Positions 39,255-46,861 of a stretch of 64,000 nt of DNA are shown here, piece by piece. Below the pieces are notes generated by a model. It saw only the letters and a program-made list of their open reading frames with translations. It ran no database searches and had not been told where the DNA came from. This DNA comes from an uncultured Thermoanaerobaculia bacterium. Lineage in GTDB: Bacteria > Acidobacteriota > Thermoanaerobaculia > Thermoanaerobaculales > Sulfomarinibacteraceae. The translations under genes were made by a program, and so were the position numbers. Within the stretch, counting starts at the first letter, position 1. Each line of letters starts with the position of its first letter. Location: positions 227,816 through 291,815 of the forward strand of contig CAZXMW010000001.1 in the NCBI GenBank assembly GCA_964641415.1, in the 5' to 3' direction.

Positions 39255-40113
39255 GTTGGTCTCCTTGGATGGCGGCTTGTGCCTCGGCGAGACCCAGCCG
39301 GACGGCGAGATCGACGAAGATCGGCCGGGTTTCGGGGATTGCGTCGATCATCGGCCGGCCCCGGGCGTACGCCTCGGCGATTCTCCGGTCGTCCGGGATC
39401 TCGGCCAGAATGTCGAGCCCCTCGGCCGCGCAATAGTCGTGGACCCGGTCGTCGCCGGCGTCGGCGCGATTGATGACGACGCCGCACCGCAGGCCGAGGG
39501 TCCGCACGGTCTCGACGGCGAGCCCGAGGTCGTGGAGACCGAAGGGCGTCGGCTCGGTGACGAGCACGACCATGTCGGCGCCTCGGACGGCGGCGATCAT
39601 GGAACACGATGTGCCGGGCGGTGCGTCGATGAGTACGGTCTCTGCACCGCGGCCCCGGACCCGAACCTGCCGGATCAGGGGCGGAACCAACGCCTCGCCG
39701 ACGTTGAGTCGGCCCTGGACCAGCCGCACTCCGCGAACCTCGCTGTCCTCGATGAAACCAATGGTGCGGCCGACCTCGGAGATCGCCCGTTCCGGGCAGA
39801 GCAAGGAGCACGCGCCGCAGCCGTGGCAGAGCTCGGGGAACACCGCGGTTCTCGGTCCAAGCACCGCAATGGCGTTGAATTGACAGGCGCGACTGCAATC
39901 CCCGCACAGGGAACATCGGTCCTCGTCGATCCTCGGCACGGGTATGCCGACCTCGGTTCGCGCATGGGGTTTGGCATCGAGGAAGAGGTGCGCGTTCGGT
40001 GCTTCGACATCGCAGTCGAGCAACCGCACGCCGTTGCCGAGAGTCAGCGCGAGATTGACGGCAACCGTGGTTTTGCCGGTGCCTCCCTTGCCCGATGCGA
40101 TGGCGATGATCAT
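39241..40113 (-). CDS. MinD-superfamily P-loop ATPase with inserted 2x[4Fe-4S] ferredoxin domain (COG1149-type), copy A
   Basis: MIIAIASGKGGTGKTTVAVNLA, CSLCGDCSRACQFNA, CHGCGACSLLCPERA, DAPPGTSCSM. The ATG shares its A with the upstream TGA (TGATG). Confidence 0.85.
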   Translation of the reverse strand: MIIAIASGKGGTGKTTVAVNLALTLGNGVRLLDCDVEAPNAHLFLDAKPHARTEVGIPVPRIDEDRCSLCGDCSRACQFNAIAVLGPRTAVFPELCHGCGACSLLCPERAISEVGRTIGFIEDSEVRGVRLVQGRLNVGEALVPPLIRQVRVRGRGAETVLIDAPPGTSCSMIAAVRGADMVVLVTEPTPFGLHDLGLAVETVRTLGLRCGVVINRADAGDDRVHDYCAAEGLDILAEIPDDRRIAEAYARGRPMIDAIPETRPIFVDLAVRLGLAEAQAAIQGDQRVSA

Positions 40114-40472
40114 CACCAGTGTCCGCCGACATCGGGTCCGTCGGCACGGTTCAGAGCGCCCGACTTGAGCTGCTCGACAGCATCCGACACCGTGCCTGAC
40201 GCGCCGGTGTAGACCTCGATTCCGGCTGCGCGCAGACTGCGGAAGGCCTTCGGTCCGCAGTGGCCGGTGACCAGGCACTGAGCGCCGAGACGCGACACCG
40301 TTTCTGCGGCCTGGATGCCGGCGCCCTGCGCGGCGGCGACGCCGGCGGCGTTATCCTCGACCCGGGTCTCACCGGTCTCGGTGTCGACCATGACGAATAC
40401 CGCGGCGCGTCCGAACCTCGGATCGACCGCAGCGTCCACGCTGCTTCCCGTTGATGTCACGACGACCTTCAT
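40113..40472 (-). CDS. NifX/NifB-C-terminal-like (dinitrogenase FeMo-cofactor biosynthesis fold, COG1433) protein, copy 1
   Basis: 119 aa. MKVVVTS...DPRFGRAAVFVMVD...GAGIQAAETV...GAQCLVTGHCGPKAF..L..AGIEVY pattern. GGAGG RBS. Confidence 0.8.
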   Translation of the reverse strand: MKVVVTSTGSSVDAAVDPRFGRAAVFVMVDTETGETRVEDNAAGVAAAQGAGIQAAETVSRLGAQCLVTGHCGPKAFRSLRAAGIEVYTGASGTVSDAVEQLKSGALNRADGPDVGGHW

Positions 40473-40652
40473 TGAGTTCCTCCAGTCAACCGAATGAGCG
40501 AAGATGAGCGGATCTGCTGGATGAAATGCGCCTCGATCATGCCCCGTCGGTGGTTGCGAAAAACGGACGCATCGCTTTCAGGATATCGAATATTTTCGCG
40601 CCTGTCCGGGGTCCGGGAAATCGACGCAGATCACCAGCGAGAATCGCTCATC

Positions 40653-40970
40653 TCAAGAGTTTGTATCTTCGGACTCCAGAGCCTCGAGACGGGCTGTGAT
40701 GCGGTGCCGTTCGTCGTCGAGTTCGGTGGCCCGCTGCTCGAGCCACCGGCGCTCCGAGCCGACGTCGAAGCCGGATTCATCGGTCAACCACCCGGGTTGT
40801 CCGGTGGCCCAGAAACGATGACGCCAGCCGTTCCCGCCGCGACCGAAGCCGATCCCCGGTTGGCGGTATCCTCTGCCGCCACCCGACCACCCCGCTCTGC
40901 GGCACGGTCCGCATCCCCATCCGGTCATGGATCCCATTCCCATCGGTCCGGTTCCGTCTCCGCCTGGCAT
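40653..40970 (-). CDS. DUF5320 family protein
   Basis: N-terminus MPGGDGTGPMGMGSMTGWGCGPC and a C-terminal coiled-coil-like LEQRATELDDERHRITARLEALE. The start is 1 nt after the upstream stop. Confidence 0.75.
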   Translation of the reverse strand: MPGGDGTGPMGMGSMTGWGCGPCRRAGWSGGGRGYRQPGIGFGRGGNGWRHRFWATGQPGWLTDESGFDVGSERRWLEQRATELDDERHRITARLEALESEDTNS

Positions 40971-40971
40971 G

Positions 40972-41316
40972 TCAGCCCTCCTTTTTTTCGCGTCGTTTCA
41001 TGATTTCCTGATGATGCGGCGAGCCCTCGCGAATCAGTGCCGCGCCGCACTCGGGGCAGCGCTCGTCGAGACAGGGCACGCCGGGCCTGTGAGGATAGTT
41101 GCTGCCGCACTTGGGACAGAGACAGGCGCCCCCGGCGCCCATTCCACCTCCGCGTCCGCCGCCCTGGCCGGCGCCCCGACCCTGACCGGATCCGCCGCCC
41201 TGGCCGGCGCCCCGGCCCTGACCGGATCCGCGGCCCTGACCGGATCCGCTGCCCTGACCGGATCCGCGGCCCCCGCCGCCCGATCTCGGTGCGCTCATTC
41301 GTGTCGAGTCATTCAT
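40972..41316 (-). CDS. Gly-rich (GSGQGR)n protein with C-terminal 4-Cys zinc ribbon
   Basis: GGGAGGG RBS and ATG 41316. GGGGRGSGQGSGSGQGRGSGQGRGAGQGGGSGQGRGAGQGGGRGGG, then CLCPKCG...CPECG. The track N-terminus (to 41607) is discounted. Confidence 0.6.
   Translation of the reverse strand: MNDSTRMSAPRSGGGGRGSGQGSGSGQGRGSGQGRGAGQGGGSGQGRGAGQGGGRGGGMGAGGACLCPKCGSNYPHRPGVPCLDERCPECGAALIREGSPHHQEIMKRREKKEG
41161..41267 (-). repeat. Tandem coding repeats (2 x 36 nt, then 18-nt units) inside the Gly-rich gene
   Basis: GGCCCTGACCGGATCCGC at 41214 and 41232, with a near-copy at 41250. The 36-nt unit gccctggccggcgccccg(a/g)ccctgaccggatccgc occurs twice from 41161. Confidence 0.8.
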
Positions 41317-41351
41317 GTCGATTCCCTCCCTGGACGCGCAAACGCCCGGTG

Positions 41352-41762
41352 TCAGCGTTGATGATGTCCGCAACCGCCGCTGTCTCCGGCATCTTTGGAG
41401 TGGTGGTCGCAGTCGTGGAAACCGTGGTCGTGGCACAGCTCGCCGCTGGTGGTGAGGGTGCCGTCGAGGTAGCACCGCACCAGCGTCTCCGGGTCGTCGC
41501 CGACGGCGCCGGTGACCACGTCGATGCCGTACGCCGTGAGCATCTGTGCCGCTCGGGGGCCCATGCCGCCGGCGAGTACCGCCTCGACGCCCTGTTGGCG
41601 AAGCCACGCCGGGAAGATCCCCCGACCGTGCTCGGGCGGTGGCGTGAGCCGGGGCCCGGCGACGTCCTTGAGCTCGAAATCCACGGTGTACATGGCAAAG
41701 GTGTCCGCCCCGCCGAAGTGAGGGCTGAACTTACCGTCTCGTATCGGGACTGCGATGATCAT
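41352..41762 (-). CDS. NifX/NifB-C-terminal-like (COG1433) protein, copy 2, with Cys/His-rich C-terminal tail
   Basis: MIIAVPIRDGKFSPHFGGADTFAMY...GVEAVLAGGMGPRAAQML..YGIDVV. Tail CHDHGFHDCDHHSKDAGDSGGCGHHQR. The start shares its A with the DUF134 stop (TGATG). Confidence 0.75.
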   Translation of the reverse strand: MIIAVPIRDGKFSPHFGGADTFAMYTVDFELKDVAGPRLTPPPEHGRGIFPAWLRQQGVEAVLAGGMGPRAAQMLTAYGIDVVTGAVGDDPETLVRCYLDGTLTTSGELCHDHGFHDCDHHSKDAGDSGGCGHHQR

Positions 41763-42148
41763 CAGTTTCCTTTCCTTTGTCCCCGGTGTCGGCATCGACA
41801 TCTCCGGCCGCGGCGACCGTCGCCGTCGTGAACCGGGCAGGGCAGCGGACGCTGCTCGCCTGGCACGACCGGTCCGTCGCCGATCACGAGGAGCCGTTCT
41901 TCGATCAATGATCGGGCGACGATCGATCGCGCCCGGGCCAGAATTCGAGAAAAAGTCGGACGTGAGACGCCCATGCGCTCGGCGGCTGCCTCCTGGTAGA
42001 GCCCCTCGAGATCAGCCAACCGAAGCGCCTCGAGCTCGTCCACCCTGAGGGTCTCGACCTCGAGCTCCATCGATGGCCGTCCGACGGGCTTGAAGCCTCG
42101 TCCTGGGCCGACGCAGCCGACTCGTCTGAGCTTTTCCGGTCGTCCCAC
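41762..42148 (-). CDS. DUF134 (UPF0251) predicted HTH DNA-binding protein
   Basis: GGAGG-cgct-GTG start at 42148 gives (M)GRPEKLRRVGCVGPGRGFKP..., matching the canonical MPRPRKCRRV...FKP N-terminus. The helix-turn-helix region is VDELEALRLADLEGLYQEAAAERMGVSRPTFSRIL. Confidence 0.75.
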   Translation of the reverse strand: MGRPEKLRRVGCVGPGRGFKPVGRPSMELEVETLRVDELEALRLADLEGLYQEAAAERMGVSRPTFSRILARARSIVARSLIEERLLVIGDGPVVPGEQRPLPCPVHDGDGRRGRRCRCRHRGQRKGN

Positions 42149-42164
42149 AGCGCCTCCGATTACG

Positions 42165-42193
42165 AACATATGCTCAAAATCGACACGTGTCAA
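42165..42193 (-). promoter_or_regulatory. Near-consensus sigma70-type promoter (TTGACA-17-TATGTT) overlapped by the 10-bp palindrome GACACGTGTC
   Basis: The minus strand reads cccTTGACAcgtgtcgattttgagcaTATGTTcgtaatcGGAGGcgctGTG. The -35 is at 42193-42188, the -10 at 42170-42165, and the perfect palindrome at 42182-42191. Confidence 0.5.
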
Positions 42194-42351
42194 GGGTCGA
42201 GTCACGCGCGTCTCGGGCTGGAATGGGCGCGTTTCCGGCGGACGGGCCATTTCTGCAGTTGTGCGCTGTCTGAAACTCGGCTACACGTTGTCGCAACTGC
42301 GGAAGTGGCAGTCGCCGAGCCCAGGCGCGGTGGATCGGGGCGCGAGCCGGG

Positions 42352-44514
42352 CTACCGGGAGATCGTCACGATCCCGACGTACCCGTCCACGGTGAGCCGG
42401 TCGCCGTTGGCGATCTGGGCGGTGACGTCGGGCACGCCGGTGACGCAGGGCAGGCCGTACTCGCGGGCAATGATCGCCCCGTGGACGAGCATTCCGCCGC
42501 GCCGCTCGACAACCGCCGCGGCGAGCGGCACGACGAAGGTCATATTGGGGTCGATCGCGTCGCACACCAGCACTTCGCCGGCTTCGAGCTCGAACAGATC
42601 GTCGACGCTTTCGACCAGCCGCGCGCGTCCGGTGGCGACCCCCGGGCCGGCAGGCTGGCCGACCAGCTGGCGCGGTTGGGCGCGGACGCCGGGCTCGGTG
42701 ACCAGAGGCTGCGCCGCCGGCTGCGGTTCGACGATGAGATTGGGGTGGCGCAGGGCCAGAATCACGCGTTCGGAGTCGATGTTTGCCGTTTTGGGCTCTG
42801 CCGGAAGCTGAATCCGGTCCCGCCCTTCGTCGACGGCAGCGAGCACGAGCGCCTCGAGCCGGGCGAGGTGGAGGTTGTCGTCGTCTCGCAGCCGATAGCT
42901 GGCACGACCGACGTCGAGAATTTCGGCCGCCAGCTGCCTTCGTTCGGCGGCCACCGCTTCGAGGAATGACTCGGCCAGCCCCTCAGTGTCGACCACGCGC
43001 AGCGTCCTGGGTCGGGTGGGTGCGTCGGCTGCTGCGAGCAGCCATCGCACGAAACGGTCGCGATCGGCAAAGCAGGCCCGGTCGGCGAAGACCGCGGCGC
43101 CGTGCTCGGCGAGAAAACCCTCGAGAATCGCCTCGAACCCGGCATCGGAACCACCGCCCTCGGCGAGGCTCGAACGCAGGGTCGGGTCGTCGCGGAGCGT
43201 CGCGACGAGGTCGGCGAGCGCCCGGTTGCGGCGCACGCCGAGCATGGGTGTTCCGGTGAGCAGGTCCATGAACTCGTAGGGGTCGTCCGGACGCACGACT
43301 TCGTTGTAGAACTGCCCGAACAGCCGAATGCCGTGCGCCAGGGGAATGAAGTCGCGCCAGTAGGTCTCGACCCAGCGGTCGTGGGCGGCCTGACGACGCT
43401 CGATCTCGGCGGCGAGCGCCTCGTGATCGAGGCCCTCGAGGTCGACCCGGTCGAGCTCCTCGGCCTGGCGATCCATGGCCGGAAGCATCTCGGTCTCGAC
43501 GGTGGTTCGGAGCTTCCGCAGGCTGTCGAGGCTGCGGGTCAGGCTGAGGTACCACGCGCGCTGATCGCCCTCGGAGCCGGCGGCTGTGGTCACCGGCCGG
43601 GACTGGAGCACGACCAGACGGTCGCGGTCGAAGGTCCACTCGACGTCCTGAGGGGATTTGACCAGCTCGCCCGCCGCACGAATCGCGGACACGACCCGGC
43701 CGAGCGCCGCGTCGTCCAGCGGTGGTGTGTCAATCGGGACCGCCTCGACCCGCGAGCCTCCTTCGGACATCACCATCCGTTGGCGCTTCGACGGTGGGCG
43801 GTGGTCAGTCAGCCGACCGTTCGAACGGTCGATCTGCCAGACGTCGGGCTCGACGGCACCGTCGACCAGCCCCTGGTTGAGGCCGTGCACCGCCTCGACG
43901 ACCATGAGGTCACGATCGGTGGGGTGGATGCCGAACCCGACGCCCGAGACGCGGCCGTTGATCAGGGGCTGGATGACCACCGCCATGGCGCTGCGCTCGG
44001 GGTCGATGCCGAGCTCGCGACGGTAGAGCAGCGCCCGATCGGTCCACAACGACGCCCAAACCGAGCGGACGGCTCCCACCACCTCTGCCGGACCGCGAAC
44101 ACCCACCGTCGAATCGTGCAGACCGGCGAAGGAAGCGCCCTCGGCGTCCTCGCCCGGCGCCGACGACCGGACCGCCAACACGGCGCTGCCGAAAAGCCCG
44201 CCGACCCGATCCTCGATTTCGGACGCCACCGACTCCGGCACCGGGGCGCGCAGGAAACGGTTGCGGATCCTGAGCGCCGTGTCCCAGATCTCCTCCCAGC
44301 GCATGTCGTCGAAGCTCTTGCGCCCGAGCTCCTGAAGGATCACCGGCCGCAGCGCGGCCGCATCGACGAAAACCTGGTAGGCAGCGGTGGTCAGGCACAG
44401 GGTCGCCGGGACCTCGAAGCCGCCGCGGGCGAGCACGGCGAGGGCCGCCGCCTTGCCGCCGACAACGGCAGGATCGGTGGCCTCGGGGGCGTCGAGACCG
44501 ACGACGAATCCCAT
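42352..44514 (-). CDS. PEP-utilising phosphotransferase with PpsA-type ATP-grasp N-domain and C-terminal swivel His domain (rifampicin-phosphotransferase-like architecture)
   Basis: VGGKAAALAVL, VRSSAPGEDAEGASFAGLHDS, DVEWTF...LVVLQSRPVT (PPDK_N). C-terminus GVATGRARLV...LVCDAIDPNMTFVVPLAAAVVERRGGMLVHGAIIAREYGLPCV. No PEP/pyruvate TIM-barrel domain. Confidence 0.8.
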   Translation of the reverse strand: MGFVVGLDAPEATDPAVVGGKAAALAVLARGGFEVPATLCLTTAAYQVFVDAAALRPVILQELGRKSFDDMRWEEIWDTALRIRNRFLRAPVPESVASEIEDRVGGLFGSAVLAVRSSAPGEDAEGASFAGLHDSTVGVRGPAEVVGAVRSVWASLWTDRALLYRRELGIDPERSAMAVVIQPLINGRVSGVGFGIHPTDRDLMVVEAVHGLNQGLVDGAVEPDVWQIDRSNGRLTDHRPPSKRQRMVMSEGGSRVEAVPIDTPPLDDAALGRVVSAIRAAGELVKSPQDVEWTFDRDRLVVLQSRPVTTAAGSEGDQRAWYLSLTRSLDSLRKLRTTVETEMLPAMDRQAEELDRVDLEGLDHEALAAEIERRQAAHDRWVETYWRDFIPLAHGIRLFGQFYNEVVRPDDPYEFMDLLTGTPMLGVRRNRALADLVATLRDDPTLRSSLAEGGGSDAGFEAILEGFLAEHGAAVFADRACFADRDRFVRWLLAAADAPTRPRTLRVVDTEGLAESFLEAVAAERRQLAAEILDVGRASYRLRDDDNLHLARLEALVLAAVDEGRDRIQLPAEPKTANIDSERVILALRHPNLIVEPQPAAQPLVTEPGVRAQPRQLVGQPAGPGVATGRARLVESVDDLFELEAGEVLVCDAIDPNMTFVVPLAAAVVERRGGMLVHGAIIAREYGLPCVTGVPDVTAQIANGDRLTVDGYVGIVTISR

Positions 44515-44963
44515 CAGTCGAAGTGGAGCTCGATGACGTGCTGGAAGCGGCTCACCACCATGTAGACCGACACCCGCAATCGGAGCAGCGCGGAGCTCGG
44601 CGACCGGACGAAGGTCTCCAGGTGGGGGTGCTTGGCGAGGAACAGGGTTTCGAAAGCCGAACGGTCGCCCGGGTCGATTTCCTCGACGACGCCGACCGCG
44701 GTTGCCGCCGACGCCTCGGTGAAGTCGGCAGGCCGGTTGGTTCGGTTGTCGACGAGCATCGAGGCGCGGGCGTCGCCGGCCAGGTTGTCGTGCTTGCGGG
44801 TCTGGCGACCGGTGACGAAAAGCAAAGATCGAAGGTCGTCGGTGGCGGCGAAGCCGACCAGGCTGGTGTAGGGCTCGCCGTCGTGGTGGGTGCCGAGGAC
44901 CGCCAATAACTGGCTCGACAGCAGCTCTCGCAGGATCTCGAGGTGGCTCGGGTCGTGATTCAT
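44514..44963 (-). CDS. Pyridoxamine 5'-phosphate oxidase family (FMN-binding split barrel) protein
   Basis: 149 aa. LLAVLGTHHDGEPYTSLVGFA...LLFVTGRQTRKHDNL pattern. The stop abuts or overlaps the downstream kinase start. Confidence 0.7.
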   Translation of the reverse strand: MNHDPSHLEILRELLSSQLLAVLGTHHDGEPYTSLVGFAATDDLRSLLFVTGRQTRKHDNLAGDARASMLVDNRTNRPADFTEASAATAVGVVEEIDPGDRSAFETLFLAKHPHLETFVRSPSSALLRLRVSVYMVVSRFQHVIELHFD

Positions 44964-45021
44964 CGGAGGGTCCCGCCTTTCACCGCGAAGTATACGGCTT
45001 CGCGAGCGGGGGGGGCGCCGG

Positions 45022-46035
45022 TCAGCGCCCGTCGCTCAGAGGGGCCGGGTGGATCGCCGCGCGGCCGAGTGCCATCATCGCCATGTGGGGCACCGTCAGC
45101 ACCGACAGACCGATGAAGACGATCGACGCGAGCACGGCGTCGAGCTGCACCCCGGCAATGAACACCGCGGCTCCGGCGGCGACAGCGGCAACCACCGTCA
45201 GGAGGGTCAGCGGCAGCGCCTCGCGAACGAAGCGTCGGATTCCGTCGCCGAGCCGCCCGGGCGCCAGGTCGCCTGCGAGCTCGAGGGCGTGGCGCATGGA
45301 GTGCCAGCCGCAGAAGTAGGTCAGAAAGGCGATCAGCGGCGGGGCGACCACATGGAGGGTAGCGATCGCGGCGAGCTCGGCCCCTGCAGCCAGGTGCCCG
45401 CTGGACGTCAGGCGAGCCAGACGAAGCGCGGCCACGGGGAGCACGACCGCCGCGGCGCAGCCCGCCAGAGCGCCGACGACGCCGTGGTCGAGGGTGATCC
45501 GCGCCGGCATCAGCCAGCTGAAGATGACCGTGACCTCGGCGGCGTGCAGCCAGGTCGGCAGCACGATGGGCAGCGCGCCGACCGCGAAGCGCTCGACGGT
45601 GTTCCAAAGCGGTGTCGACCGTTCGATCCACAGCGGATCGTCCCACCCGAAGTGAAGCGCCGACAGCGCGAGAAAGGTGACCAGCGCAATCACCGGAACG
45701 GCGATCCAGAGCGCTCCCATGAAGCCCGCCAGCGAAAGGTAGCCGACGACGAACGGGAGCCACCAGCGGCTGCCGAACACCGGCCGGAAGATCTGGCGCG
45801 CCACCAGATGATCGAGGGCGCCGTGAGGCAGGCCGACCACCGCGACCGCCGCGGCGAGCAGGGCGAGCTGAGCGAAGGAACCGGGCGAACCTGCAGTCAC
45901 CGCATATGCGATCACGGCAGCGGTGATGCCGAGCATCAGACTCCGGTGCTCGCTGAGGGGCGCGACCAGCGATTGCGCCCGGTGGGCGTCCAAACCAGGC
46001 TGCCGCCTCGGAAGGATGGCGAGAGTGGTCGTCAT
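45022..46035 (-). CDS. blh: Brp/Blh-family beta-carotene 15,15'-dioxygenase (retinal synthase)
   Basis: Polytopic protein with conserved His blocks GLPHGALDH, FCGWHSMRHALE and LTVPHMAMM. ATG 46035 lies 49 nt downstream of the rhodopsin stop. Confidence 0.8.
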   Translation of the reverse strand: MTTTLAILPRRQPGLDAHRAQSLVAPLSEHRSLMLGITAAVIAYAVTAGSPGSFAQLALLAAAVAVVGLPHGALDHLVARQIFRPVFGSRWWLPFVVGYLSLAGFMGALWIAVPVIALVTFLALSALHFGWDDPLWIERSTPLWNTVERFAVGALPIVLPTWLHAAEVTVIFSWLMPARITLDHGVVGALAGCAAAVVLPVAALRLARLTSSGHLAAGAELAAIATLHVVAPPLIAFLTYFCGWHSMRHALELAGDLAPGRLGDGIRRFVREALPLTLLTVVAAVAAGAAVFIAGVQLDAVLASIVFIGLSVLTVPHMAMMALGRAAIHPAPLSDGR

Positions 46036-46084
46036 CACAGAAGAAAACGACCCGGGCCGGCACGCGGCCGGCCCGGGACACACG

Positions 46085-46861
46085 TCACGCAGAGGCGCCG
46101 GCGGCGGACAGCGTGAAACCCTCGGCATCCGACTTGGCCCGAGCCAGGCGGTAGATGAAGATGCCGTACAGAGCCTTGGCGGTCAGGTCCGCAATGCTGT
46201 AGCCGACCTGGACGCCGACCTCGGCGGCGGCGCCGGAAAGGCCCAGCATGGGCAGGATGAAGGCGATGGGATAGACCCACCACGACACGACGATGAGATT
46301 TCGAGCGCCGGCGAGCCGTGACCGGATCTCGCCGTTCTCGTCGGCGACGGACCTGGTCAGCTGCCCGAACAGGACGCTCAGGATGTAGAGGAACGGAATC
46401 ATGGACAGCGCCCAGAAGACCCACCGCACCCCGTTCTGATCGGAGATCTCGCCCGGATAGCCGAGGGCGAGCATCGCGATGGCGGCGAAGCTGAGCTTGG
46501 TAATCAGGTTCGACGACTGAGCGCGGCTGAGACCGAGCACGGCGACCAGCTCGATGAGCAGCAGCGGCACGGTGATGAGCCAGTCGGCATAGCGGTAGGC
46601 CTCGTTGAAGGGGACGCCGGACGGGACGTAGTTGCCGCCCTGAAGGACGAAGGCGGCGGCCCAGCTTTCGAACATGCGGAAGTAATGGTAGCCGGCGATG
46701 AACACGACGACTCCGGAAATGATGAGCGCGGGCCGGTATTGCGGCGCGACCTGCGAGCGCGCGGCGAAGAAGAAGATGCCGGAGCCGAACATGGTCGCCA
46801 GCGTCAACGACAGCATGTTGTAGACCAGCTGGAACTGACCCGGGGTGAGTGTGAACTCCAT
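46085..46861 (-). CDS. Microbial rhodopsin, proteorhodopsin/xanthorhodopsin-like, DTE motif (outward H+ pump type)
   Basis: GGAGG RBS and ATG 46861, 258 aa. Helix B AGYHYFRMFESW. Helix C RYADWLITVPLLLIE (D, T, E at the BR 85/89/96 equivalents, Leu at the PR-105 position). Helix G YSIADLTAKALYG (Asp + Schiff-base Lys). Confidence 0.9.
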   Translation of the reverse strand: MEFTLTPGQFQLVYNMLSLTLATMFGSGIFFFAARSQVAPQYRPALIISGVVVFIAGYHYFRMFESWAAAFVLQGGNYVPSGVPFNEAYRYADWLITVPLLLIELVAVLGLSRAQSSNLITKLSFAAIAMLALGYPGEISDQNGVRWVFWALSMIPFLYILSVLFGQLTRSVADENGEIRSRLAGARNLIVVSWWVYPIAFILPMLGLSGAAAEVGVQVGYSIADLTAKALYGIFIYRLARAKSDAEGFTLSAAGASA

